Positions 24,312-35,811 of a stretch of DNA of 64,000 bases are shown one piece after another. Below the pieces are notes generated by a model. That model was not told the origin of the DNA, made no database searches, and saw only the letters and a program-made list of their open reading frames with translations. The position numbers and the translations under genes were made by a program. How positions within the stretch are numbered: the stretch's first letter is position 1; each line of letters begins with the position of its first letter. This DNA is from Saccostrea cucullata. Lineage: Eukaryota. The stretch lies in the NCBI RefSeq assembly GCF_032062105.1, contig NW_026936636.1, forward strand, positions 496,001 to 560,000, in the 5' to 3' direction.

Positions 24312-25568
24312 ATGGAAGCCCTCTTACTCCCTCAAATCCATTCGTTTGGGCATCATCAAAGGGAAGGCGCTATGATGTGCTACAGCCCTGTTTCTACATT
24401 TGGCGATGATTTCACCCTAATTCTTCGCCAAAATACGCTTCCTCAGGAGAGCAAATTTAATCCGGGAGAATCAGAAGAAATGCAGCCACTTTCTAAGATG
24501 GAAGAAACTATTGATTCATTCACATTTATAGAAGATACAACCACATCAAATGAAAAGGAGGAAAATAAAAGACTTGAGGAGGACAAAAAGGTCGAAATTG
24601 TTCCAGACACAGGCAGGAGGTATAAGAAGTGTGAAATTCCTGATGATATTTTAGAAAAGTATGGTTCAAAATCACGCAAAAAGACAAAGAAGAAGGAAAA
24701 GATTGAGAAAAAGGGAAAGAGATGGAAATACTTACCTAATGATGAAATGGGATTTAAAATCTCACTCTTTCCTAGACCAGTGTGTGACAATGTTAGTATT
24801 GATTGTGATGCCCAGGAGCTTTACTTGAAGATTGAGAATGAATGTGATGAAATGGAGAGATTGACTGAGAAATTTGAAGAATTCCAAGAGATGGAGGGAT
24901 GTATGAGTGGAAATATGAAAATAGAAATCCGTGCTGATCGGGACAGAAAAGTGGAGAAAGCGCACAAACAAATAAAAACCAAACATTGTCTTAGCATTCA
25001 GAACAATAATGGACGAAAACATCTATACATTAATCACAGAGTTTACAAACTAATGTCTATGGAAATCACAATAAGCCTTAATTGTATGCCAAGTAGAAAG
25101 AAAGAGAAGATAACTTTAAGCAGAGAAGAATTAAAGAAGACCAAAACCATAAAACCAAAAGGTTCCCATTCTGATGTGGTAGCTCCACGCCCCCCACCTC
25201 AAAACCTGGCCTATGCTCTAGATAATTACAACGCCCCCTCAGACTTTGACAGTGCTGTAGTAAACATTCTGATCGGATTGCAACACCGAGACCTTACCCC
25301 TGAGGATTATGAATTACTACTCAGACTGGATGAACAAGTGGCCCCTAAAACTGTGTCATCCACCACCATTAAAAACTTTAAAACAGAGACTATTGATGAG
25401 ACTTCAGCTGGTGCCTTGTGTGCTATTTGTATGGAGGTCTATGAAATAGGCCAGACTCGTAAATTTCTTCCCTGTAATCATGAGTTTCACTCCAGCTGTA
25501 TTGAGATGTGGCTAACTAACTCTTCTGTGAACTGTCCAATTGATAATTTACCAGTGGAACCATCTTGA
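24312..25568 (+). CDS. Intronless RING-H2 finger protein (putative E3 ubiquitin ligase), 418 aa
   Basis: Single ORF. C-terminal CAIC...LPCNHEFHSSCIEMWL...CPID, preceded by LQHRDLTPEDYELLLRLDE. AATAAA signals follow at ~25714-25725. Confidence 0.88.
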   Translation: MEALLLPQIHSFGHHQREGAMMCYSPVSTFGDDFTLILRQNTLPQESKFNPGESEEMQPLSKMEETIDSFTFIEDTTTSNEKEENKRLEEDKKVEIVPDTGRRYKKCEIPDDILEKYGSKSRKKTKKKEKIEKKGKRWKYLPNDEMGFKISLFPRPVCDNVSIDCDAQELYLKIENECDEMERLTEKFEEFQEMEGCMSGNMKIEIRADRDRKVEKAHKQIKTKHCLSIQNNNGRKHLYINHRVYKLMSMEITISLNCMPSRKKEKITLSREELKKTKTIKPKGSHSDVVAPRPPPQNLAYALDNYNAPSDFDSAVVNILIGLQHRDLTPEDYELLLRLDEQVAPKTVSSTTIKNFKTETIDETSAGALCAICMEVYEIGQTRKFLPCNHEFHSSCIEMWLTNSSVNCPIDNLPVEPS

Positions 25569-26881
25569 TAAAATGTATTAATTAATCCACATTGCATATT
25601 TAATTTATATGTGTATACTTAAACTTTTACAAGATATAATAAAGGATAAAATATATGTAAAGACTGAATTCAGCTTTAAGCAGTGGATTTTGATATCAAA
25701 TAAGATAATATTTAATAAATAATAAATTTAAGATTGTTTTATTTTCTTTCAACTGATTTTTTGTCAGCTTCATTTCATTCTATATCCGGGGTTGTTCCTA
25801 AGCCTGGGTGCCCGGGAATTTCCCTGCCAATTATGACATAATTACCCCGTTATTTTGGTACTCCCTCTCATCCCATTGTTAGGGGAGAAAACCCCCAGAG
25901 CACCTTCTATTTTTTCAACGTCCTCTGCTATTTCAAATTTTTAGGGACAACCCTGCACATCGCTTTTGAATTGCTTGTATTGATTTTAAAGAACATCATA
26001 CATAAACTCCAGTATATGCAAGTGTACTCTGTTTTGGTTAGACATTCTCATCAATATTTCATTGATGACATGATGGCAAATCACGTAACAGTCAGCTGGG
26101 AATTGTGATGCAATTATTTAGAATTTAATGTAGGAAGTAGACATGTATATAGACAACACAGGTACTTGATGTTACATAATTTTGTTTTCCTAAACAACAC
26201 AAAACAATACCTTATTTTTAAAGAAAAATATGAAACATTTTTTTCTGTGTTTGACGTGATATAAACAAGCCAGTGGAATGCATATAACCATACTGTTCAA
26301 ATTCTCAACTGGAGAGTATTAGACACCATGTAACAGGATAAGAAGAGATTTAGCTCACATTCAATGAACAACAGTAAACTGCATAAGCAGAGTTGATCAG
26401 TAACTCTTGACTTGGGAAGATGGAGGTGCCATGGTCTCAATAAAATTATTGCCATTCACAGAAAGGAAATGTATGAGTGTTATAACAGCTCATGACTTCT
26501 GTTATAATTAGCTCTATTGGATATCAAAACTTCTTTTTATTTGCTTATATGAAAAGTTGATGGTAAATTAAGAGAATCATTATCTTCATACATAAAACAA
26601 CTCTCATTCCATTGTCCTCATTTAATTATACTTGAATAAAATCAAATTTTAATAAAAATTGTAAAATAACAATCAAAAAATTTGTAGTAATGAGTATATA
26701 TATTAGAACAGAACATATCAACAATGTATACATTATTTAAAAACAACTGATTTTGGCAACAATATCTTTTCAAAACAATCATCCCTTCTTTTATTGAAGG
26801 AAGACAACTTTTAAAATTGAAAAGCATATTTTTGAAAAATGTTTTTAAAAAACACAACAAGAAAGGAATAGCTGAAATTAA

Positions 26882-26967
26882 CACACAGATAGCAGTGTTT
26901 AACATCAAATCTGATCAGCCTTAGAAAGGGTTTAGAAGAGATTTTCATTTATCTGTTGATCTGTGTG
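26882..26967 (-). promoter_or_regulatory. SECIS element (type II) in the selenoprotein J 3' UTR
   Basis: The minus strand reads CACACAGAT-caacagataa-ATGA-AAATCTCTTCT-AA-ACCCTTTCTAAGGCTGATCAGATTT-GA-tgttaaacactgct-ATCTGTGTG. This gives a 9-bp helix I, AUGA-N11-AA-N25-GA spacing, AATCT/AGATT pairing above the quartet and a CCTT/AAGG mini-stem. AATAAA follows at 26795-26790. Confidence 0.85.
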
Positions 26968-27286
26968 CTAAATTCAGAAAATAAGCATTCAAAAGTTGTG
27001 AAATGTCATTGTGTGAATAAATACTACTGCCCTTTATAAGCACACATGTGGCTTTTTGTCTTCGTTAATCTAATAAAAATCTAAATCATCGTTTTTCAAC
27101 CTTAATCCATCCACTGGGGTGCTGAACAAAATATGAAAACCAAATGTATACAAGAGTTATAAAAATTAATCATTCAATAGAAATAAAATAAAATTGATAT
27201 TTCAATAAATGTTCAATTAAATTTTGATAAAAAATACAAATATATTTTTTATATTCAATTTGAATTTGTTTATAAAAATTATTAAA

Positions 27287-30200
27287 TTACTCTAACTGAA
27301 TTGCAACTAATTTGTTTGCCAGCTGGGAAACTTCTTCATATGACAGTGTCTTCCTCTTCCATTCTTCTGGAATTTCTTGTAAACCATTCTGGAAAAAAAA
27401 AACCATAGAGTTTCTGAAAAATTCGAACAACTTCTCACTCAGTTCCTTTAAATCTGTAGTTATTTGCCAGGTTAATTGAAACACTATAGTAACAACATTG
27501 ATTTTGAAAAAGAAATGAAATATGAAAAAAGATTAGAGTTGACTGTTGACAGAAAAAACAGACAAACAAACAGATGAAAGAACAATGGAAAGTTAATACA
27601 GAAATCAATGCTTCCTTTAGCACCTTACCTGAGCACCTAGACATGCTCCAATGAACCCGGCTCTGGAACAGTTACATCCCCCTGCTCGGATTGTACGACG
27701 GACCCCAGTCACGTACTCAGTGTTAGTAATCACACCATGCACAGCAGACTGAAAGGCCCCAGGTATTGCTGTGGGGAGGAATAACAGAGTTTTAATAAAT
27801 GCATTTAAACAGAGACATGTGTATAAGCACTGCCTTAACATATTTTTAGACTATAAAAATAGGAAGGAAGGAAAAAAAATAGACCAGAGGGGAATCTGAA
27901 TGGAGACCCATGAAACTTAAACTGGTATTTTTACAAATAAGCCATCAGTTGCTAATTACATTGTATTATTTGATATGCAGATATTGACAGAGGTGCTCTC
28001 CTATATATCGTGAGGTACCTCAGGTGATGTTGAATTTCCGAGCAGCTGTTACATGATCAGTCTCCATCTCCTCGATAACTTTCTTCATGTGACCAATCAT
28101 GGCCTTGTCCAGATCCTGGGGGCTCCGTCTCTGGGGATTCTTCATCTCCTCCAAAACGGAATTCAAGGCGTCCAAACCAGGAGTCTTCCCATGGAGAATG
28201 AAGTATTCAAGTAACCTTCATTATATTAACAAGAATTAATTTAATTACAATCAGCTGTTTTAGATACACTAAACAATATTCTGAGGCAACTTTATTTAAA
28301 CTGTACTTAAAATATTTAATTGTTGCAACTTCTAGAAATAAATTAAACTGATATAGAGTAACATCAATAGCTGTATTGCTAACTTAGGAATCCTTAACAT
28401 CCATATCTCCAAAACTATGGGTATGTCAAAGTGATCTGGTGAGGCCAACCACTTTTTTTTTTATCCCTAAATATCTTGAATTCTTAAATATCTCAGTTAT
28501 TTCTTCATCCCAGGGAGTACAAGATAACAGGATTTGATTGCATTTAAGAGACCCACCTTGCTGCAGTGAAGGCCACAGCTACATTGATGTCTGAGTTCTG
28601 AGTCACAGAAATGATCTCCTCTACTTTGTCTAACATCTCTGGTCTCCCAGCATACAGGGCCACCACACTGATCATATTGATAACACAGTCCATCTGATTA
28701 TCCTCAATACCTGTGGTATATGATAAAACATAGAAATTAAAGATTAATTTAATAAAACATCTTGAATACAAAGGGCATGTTAAGGTAAGTTTGAAGTCCT
28801 AGCAACATTTTATTTTTCTATTCTAACCTCAATGTCTTAATTAAACTGTCAGATTACACAGTTTTTCAGCAGTCCCATATTATTTGAAATAATGAGGTTT
28901 CACTGTTTCACAGCCAGTTATATTATGTTTTGAACTGTTAATAATGCATATAAATTTTCTAATTTTGATCAAATATTTCAAACTATAATGTCAAGCAAAG
29001 TAACAAAATTATAAGAATATAGAAATTCTTGTAAAAACAATAGAACTGCAATTTACCCGGTATATTTATTTTTTTACGTTGATTGAATTAAATTTATACC
29101 TGTAATTTCAGCCCCTTCACTGTAATTTTTCAGGAATGACTTGATACTGGCATGTCTCCATGGAGTGTTGATAGGATACACCTTCTTCACAACATCTGGT
29201 GAAGAAATTACATATTTTTCGTTTGCGAAGTAAGGAGAATTTATGTCAAATCAAGTGTAAGGAATGTTCACACTGTCATGTGCAATATGGCATTACCAAA
29301 AAGTCTTCACTCTTGATATATATATTATCTTCTTTGCCAAGCATATACCTGATTTGTCTTTATAAGTAGCATTGTCTTCATTTTCATACTCAGAGTCTGG
29401 ACCAAACATCTCAAACATGGATTTCTTCAGTTTTTCAATATTGACACCTAAATTCAAATGTCAAATTTCCATAAATAATGCATGTTTAATCCAGCAATTA
29501 AGTCAGTGTCTTGAAAGTTGAAACACATAATTTTTCAAGTTACAAGATGGAGAACTCTTGTTTTATTAACAATAGATCAAGTTATTACCTCCATTTTCCA
29601 CCAGTGACTTCAGGATGGTTCTGGATTGGTCTCCATAGCAACTGTGCTTTCCAGTCTTGATACAATAGAAAGGATTTCTGGACGGTTCCAAGAATGCAAC
29701 TTCATCTTTGTCCTTTAGAAACGCATCCAAATCTGCAGTCTTATAATTCCAGTGTATAGGTTGGGCTAGATAAAATCAAAATAAGAATGACTTATCAATC
29801 AATATAAATAGTTTTCAATAAAATCCTATCAATATATAGTCAATATACTGACAGCTCTACAGTTAAGACTTTTAATTCATCATATACACCAAATAACTAA
29901 ATGTGTGGCGGTGGTGGTCAGAGAGTTAGGTTGCCAGTGACCAAACAGCTCAGTAATTGGTAGAGAACCTGGCTGGAGATACATGGGGGCCTAGGAATGA
30001 ATTCTGGTCACATTTTGTGCTCTTGAGATGTACACATTTTACACTGTGAATTAACTAAAAGTGACAAGTGGAACATCTGGATCCAAAGACCTCTAAAGAG
30101 GGAGGAATAAGGTGGTCAGGCAGGTTTGGTTACACGCAGTGGCCAGAAAGCTCATTTAGTATTAAGGATCTTTCTGACCCTGGTTCAAATTCTCCGCTGG

Positions 30201-30962
30201 TCTGTGGACAACATTTTTATGTGCTTGGATGGATAGATCATATTGTATTGCATTGTTTATGTCATGTCTGTCTGTTTGTCTTTCTGTTGTCAACTTTAAC
30301 CTTTGCCATAACTTTTGAACCATGAGAGATAGTAATTTCATATTTAGTATGCTTACTTTACTAGTTACTCTTTCAAATGACACCACGGTCAATGACCTTG
30401 TGACCTTGAAGGCGACCTATATGCTAAAAATAGCTTTTTCGAACCTTTGCTTCAACTTTTGAACCATAGGAGATAAAGACTTCACATTTGGTAATCATAC
30501 TCTACTTATTAAGTTCTTTCAAAGGGCACCAAGTTCAATGACCTTGTGACCTTGACCTATATGCTAAAAATAGCTTTTTTGAACCTTATAGTTATTGCCG
30601 CCGGGTGCATAGTGTATCACAAAACACATCTTGTTAAAATTGTGTAATGGTTTGTGCCGTGGATAATTGGCCTGCCTACTAGCTTAGTGTAAGAGAAGAA
30701 GCTGACTATAAATGATACAAGCTCTGGTCCCGGTTCGATTCTTGCACTCTCACTTGCATTTTCTCCTTTCTTGTTAGTGATACAATTGCTTAACAACTGT
30801 TCTTTTGAACCTAACCAAGTATTACTAACTTATTCTGGTACTGATCATCTGTATAGACAACTCTTTATGGTGCTTTGTTTACCAATAAAGTAAGTTACCT
30901 GCAGCATCTGCCACCAGTGCCCCAACTATGGCACTTATCTTTCTCTCTTCCACGCTTGCCAT
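27287..30962 (-). CDS. SELENOJ: Selenoprotein J (ADP-ribosylglycohydrolase / J1-crystallin family), 342 aa with Sec at codon ~262, 8 exons
   Basis: Exons 30962-30899, 29765-29589, 29447-29349, 29195-29100, 28710-28557, 28215-28019, 27768-27629 and 27388-27287 total 1029 nt. Motifs: AIVGALVADAAAQPIHWNY, NPFY...GKHSCYGDQ, KFNIT-U-AIPGAFQSAVHG, RAGGCNCSRAGFIGACLGA. In-frame TGA at 28022-28020 and a downstream SECIS. Confidence 0.92.
29946..30748 (+). repeat. Cluster of decayed tRNA-derived SINE-like heads plus a HINE fragment in SelJ intron 1
   Basis: A-box/B-box-like remnants: CAGCTCAGTAATTGGTAGAG (~29946), GGTTCAAATTC (~30182) and TAGCTTAGTG...CCCGGTTCGATTC (~30680-30742). HINE-type 3' end GCATAGTGTATCACAAAACACATCTTGTT at ~30607-30635. 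Confidence 0.4.
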
Positions 30963-31251
30963 GACGTGGATCCGTGATATTAGTCTGATCTCAGGGTTCT
31001 TATGGATGCATGAGATCCTTGATACTACTATTCTAAACATACAAGAACGCTACATAGTGTAACCCATGACAGGTGCGATAGGCAAATGTTCTAGTTTTTA
31101 ACTGGCTGAAATTACATCGGGCTCGTCATTCCAAAAATGGCTGGGAATGAATGGAGAAGAGAGAAGTGAGGTGACGATGTCTTGTGTCGGTTTTATCAGC
31201 TAATGTCGCTATTTTGTCCAATATACAGATGAGCAGTATTCAAAAATTATC
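30963..31251. promoter_or_regulatory. Bidirectional promoter shared by SelJ and DROSHA
   Basis: The divergent coding starts lie within ~290 bp. TGACGTGG is next to the SelJ ATG and a YY1-like AAAATGGC is at ~31134. Confidence 0.6.
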
Positions 31252-34200
31252 ATGAATTTCTTTGGAAATCAAGGAATAAGAAATGATGGAAGGGTAAGCT
31301 TGAATAATTCGCCGAAGTGACCATTGCAATACATGTAGATTGCAATGCACAGCCACAGGTGATAAGCATCATACTCATAGTTAAACACAACAAAGGAAAT
31401 GAATAGAATTGTTCCAAAGGCACCTCATGTCACTTAATTTTAATATGTAAAAAAAATTTACCCCATACCTGATAATTTTTGTGGGGTTATTTTTTATATA
31501 AGAAAAATAAGAAACGTCAAGTGCCAGAGAATTTTTCGTATGCACAAATATGAAATAATGCAATACCAAGAGGACATTTTAAGATAAAGTAATGCCTCTT
31601 TATCTTGAACCCATTAAAACCCAGGGGATTGAGACAGCAGGTGATTTAGCTCAGTAAGATTCATCGATTTTTAAAAAATTTAATGACATCTCTTCCAAGA
31701 AGAATCTAAGAGTCTTCAGAAGAGACCAGTACAATCATACATGCCAACTTTCCCGATTTTTTTGGGAGTCTACCGATTTTTAACCCTGTCTACCACTTGT
31801 CTACCGATTAATTTTTTTTCTCCCATTTCTACCGATATTTCGAAAATCCGGATTTTTTACCGATTCGCTTTGAATAATACAGTATTTCCGAGTGCAGAAA
31901 ACCTGGCTGTTTCAATGTTTATCGGTAGGATATCTGTTTATTGCCGCTGATAACCGAGACAATACGCAAATTTCGAGATTATCTCCCTTGGCGCGCTCTT
32001 TCGTTACGGAGGCGAGTTTTGTTTCCACGTAAACAAACAGGTGGGACAGTTATTTATATTATATATATATATATTGGATACATTGCATCATCGATGTACT
32101 GATTTATCACAACTGCATGATTGTCAGGATGCACTCTTTTAATTTGAATTAATGTTAAGGTGTCATTTAAAGAGAAAAAATCGGAACTGAAGAAAAAATA
32201 GTGAATAGAAGACATTAGACGAGGGGATAAGGCCATTAAGAGACATGGATCTCTCATAAATACACACACGCATCAGATCATTGCACGTCAGAATTTTAAA
32301 TGATTTTCCACACATGCTGGGAATTTTTTGGGAAATTTTATAGCATATATTTTCAAGAAATAAAACACTTAAAACTAATAAATATGATGTTTTCCTTAAT
32401 TATTCAAAATTGTAAAGCAGATGATAGATCAATAATAATAAATTTTTAGCCAATTTTCATAAAATATTTGTTTATTTTATTCAGTTAAAAAAACCTGGCC
32501 ATTATTTTACCAGAAATTTCGTTTTCAATTATCCTAATTCAATATAGATTTGGTAAATACAGTGTATGTGTAGTTGGGCTTAATACAATCACCAAAAGCA
32601 TCAATGCTGAACATTTTAATCTTTCTATTACATTAAATGAATTTTTAAAGACGTAAACATCGTTCATTTACTTATGCCCGTTTGTTTGCATCAACAACCT
32701 GTCCCACCTCCTTGCTGAAATGGATACTTTTCGCGCCTCTATCGCAGGAGAGTTACAATCTCGAAACTCGCGTATTATGCCAGATGTGGAAATTTTAGAA
32801 ATACACACGACACTGGATACAAACTGACAAACTTGTGAGAGTTCACACTTTACAGCAGACTTCGACAATATATACATATAAATTGTTTATAAAAGGTGTT
32901 CAACTTCAAGTTTTGGAATATTGCATTCCTCATTAAATTATAATCTACTTCATGGAAAAGACACTGCCAAAATCCAACATGGAAAAAATGTGCCTGCAAG
33001 TAAAAACTATAAGGACTGCCCAGAGTGATTAAAAAAAAAAAAAAAAGAGAAAGGAAAAGACCATGCCTTTCGCAGACTTTGATTGAAAAGTTAAAAATGA
33101 CTTCTTAATATTCCCTTTGATTAAGAAAAAAATAATTTAACAATATTTTGTATAACAGTCTTATAAACTTTGTAATTTACCAACAGACAATGAACAGTTC
33201 AGCTTATTTGTAAAGTTTAACATCCTTATTCATGTAGTAATATGTTAACTTTGTGTATCACATTCTTTAAGACAGGGGGTATATTTATCTTATATTTATC
33301 TTAATATTAACATATTAAATAATTTTGAATAAAATTGTCTTTTTTTAAAAATTTCAAATGATATTGTATTTGTGTTTTTGTTTAAGTTAATTGATAGAGA
33401 AGAAAACACTTTTTGAAGTAGTAATAATATATGATATAATTAAGGTAGTAGATTGATAATTTAGAAAAAAACAACTTACAAAAAGTTATTTCACGACAAA
33501 ACGCTGCGAATTAGGAACTTCAAAAAATGTCGTTATGGGCAATCTCCCCCAAGAAAATTTTCAAAAGTTGGCATGTATGTACAATTTTTTTAGGATCGAC
33601 AAATCTCACAGAGATAAGCTGATGATTAGATATTTTAAGGTAAAAATACATAAAGTAAAAATGTTTGGGGCTTTCAATTGCAAACAATTTGACTATCCAA
33701 GGTGCCTGGGATATTGAAGTTCAAGATGGAGCAGTTCTTCTATGTTTTATTTTGTCTTCAGCTCACAAGAGTTTTTGGATTGTGTCTCTAATAACCATAT
33801 CAAAATCGGCATAACTGTTGTGTAATCATTTTTTTGTCACCTACTCACGTAACTATTGTGTACTTGTTTTTATTGGCTATTTGCTTGATTGTCATGTACA
33901 TGATTAATGTTTGATAATATTCTCACGACAATTTAATCATCCTTGCAAGCTAGTGGTCTTGTGTCCACAAATTTTATGTCCACTTGTGTATGTTAATTTT
34001 TCTTCATGAATTCATTTGTCTCTTCATACTACAAAAGCAAAGAAAATTAACCACTTGATTAAAAAAATATTGATTTCACAATATACAATTTGCTTGAGAT
34101 TCGACTGTACTGTTTTCTTGCTTGTAAAGTTTAGCAATTAATGTGCCTCAGACTTTGATTTTATGGAAAAAAAATAAATCTTGTAGAGTACAGGAAACAA

Positions 34201-35652
34201 TATGTCACCCCTCACAAACCCTGGAATGCTACAGCAGAGTAATATGTTACTACAGGGGAGGTCTCCAGGTAACATACAGCAAATGATGGGACTCCAGATG
34301 TCGGTGGCTCCAAACATGCAGCTCTTCAATCCAGCAACTTTGCAGAATGCAGGTAAGCTCACTTTATATTTAGGTATTGGAGAGCACTACATAATTGCAT
34401 CTTCACTTGTAATTTTTTTTTTTTTGTATCTATATTTCTGAGCTTGTTAAAATGCAATTAGGAGGGAAATTAAAAAAGTAGTGCACATTGTACTAAAAAT
34501 TTTGAAGCATTTAGTGAGCATTATTCTTGATATCATCATTAGATCTGAGATATTGAGGTCAAAATATATTTACATGTAAGTCTGTTAGTCCTGGGAATTT
34601 GTACTTGCTTTGAAATCTCATGAATTAAAGATGTTGATGTTTTAGCTACTTTCCTTCAAGTATATATTAAATGAATTTATAAGCATGCATAAGGGCTTAA
34701 AATAATATACAAATTACTTACATTCATTGAATGTTGTTATGTCTTTTAGGGACTGCAATGTGGAATACTCGAGCACCAGGTGCTTTGCAAGGTCTAAGAC
34801 AAGGAATGGCTAACCAGGCAATGGCAAACCTTCAAATGATGCAGCAGGGAGCCAATCAAATGTTGTCATCTTCAGGAGTTAATATGACAGGGGCCAATCA
34901 GATGCTTCCAGGTGCTGGAGGCATTGTGACGGGAACCAATCAGATGTTTCAGAGGGGAATTACACCAATGATTCCTGGTCTTAATATACAGGTAAACGAA
35001 TTCATTGTAAGATTTGCATATCTTATTTTTTAACAGATACTCTCTTTACAATTATTATTTTGCTGTAAATTGTCAATAAATATTTTGAATATTAATATAA
35101 GATAATTACAAAGGGTAATTGCAAATTAAACTTGCTGGAAACAGGATTTTATTGGAATACATAAAAATGTGCATGATAAAAAAGAAAGCTGTCCACAGGA
35201 CTCAACATGTTATATGAAATTTCAACATATTCTGTAGCTGCCACCCCCAGGATCAGGGCTAGGTATTCTAGACACACCTAGCATCCGAGCACCTGGGATG
35301 ATCCCAAATATAGCACAGAACATGGTGGGACTTCAAGCAGGTCTGTTCCAGCAGGGGATCTCTCCTGTTGGTCAGAACCAGAGTGGTCAACCATCTCCTG
35401 GAGTTGGTCAGTCCAGTAGGAAGGAGGATCGAGAACGCAGCGGACGGGACAGAGACAGATCTGACCGGGAGGATAGGAGGGATAGGAGGGACAGGGGGAG
35501 GTCAGAAAGAGGGGATAGATCCAGGTCAGTTTTAAATAGATAAACATAATATACATGTACATTGCATTTGCATGTAATTGTAGTTTTCAATTTTAATTGT
35601 GCATGCTTTATTTTTAAAGAGGATAACCCTTACCTATGTTCAGGAATACTAT

Positions 35653-35684
<32 letters not shown>

Positions 35685-35686
35685 AT

Positions 35687-35729
<43 letters not shown>

Positions 35730-35779
35730 GCCGTTTTCTCTCTATAAATGATTTTAAAAACACCTGATATCTCGAACAC

Positions 35780-35811
<32 letters not shown>

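Noticed and set aside
27735-27768. Sec-redefinition-element (SRE) hairpin just 3' of the UGA
   Set aside because: Only a weak ~5-bp G-U-rich stem (CUGGG/UUCAG) is visible, which is not enough to call.
29946-30748. tRNA genes, including tRNA-Sec, inside SelJ intron 1
   Set aside because: Only degenerate A/B boxes are present, with no cloverleaf and no similarity to eukaryotic tRNA-Sec. Best read as SINE relics.
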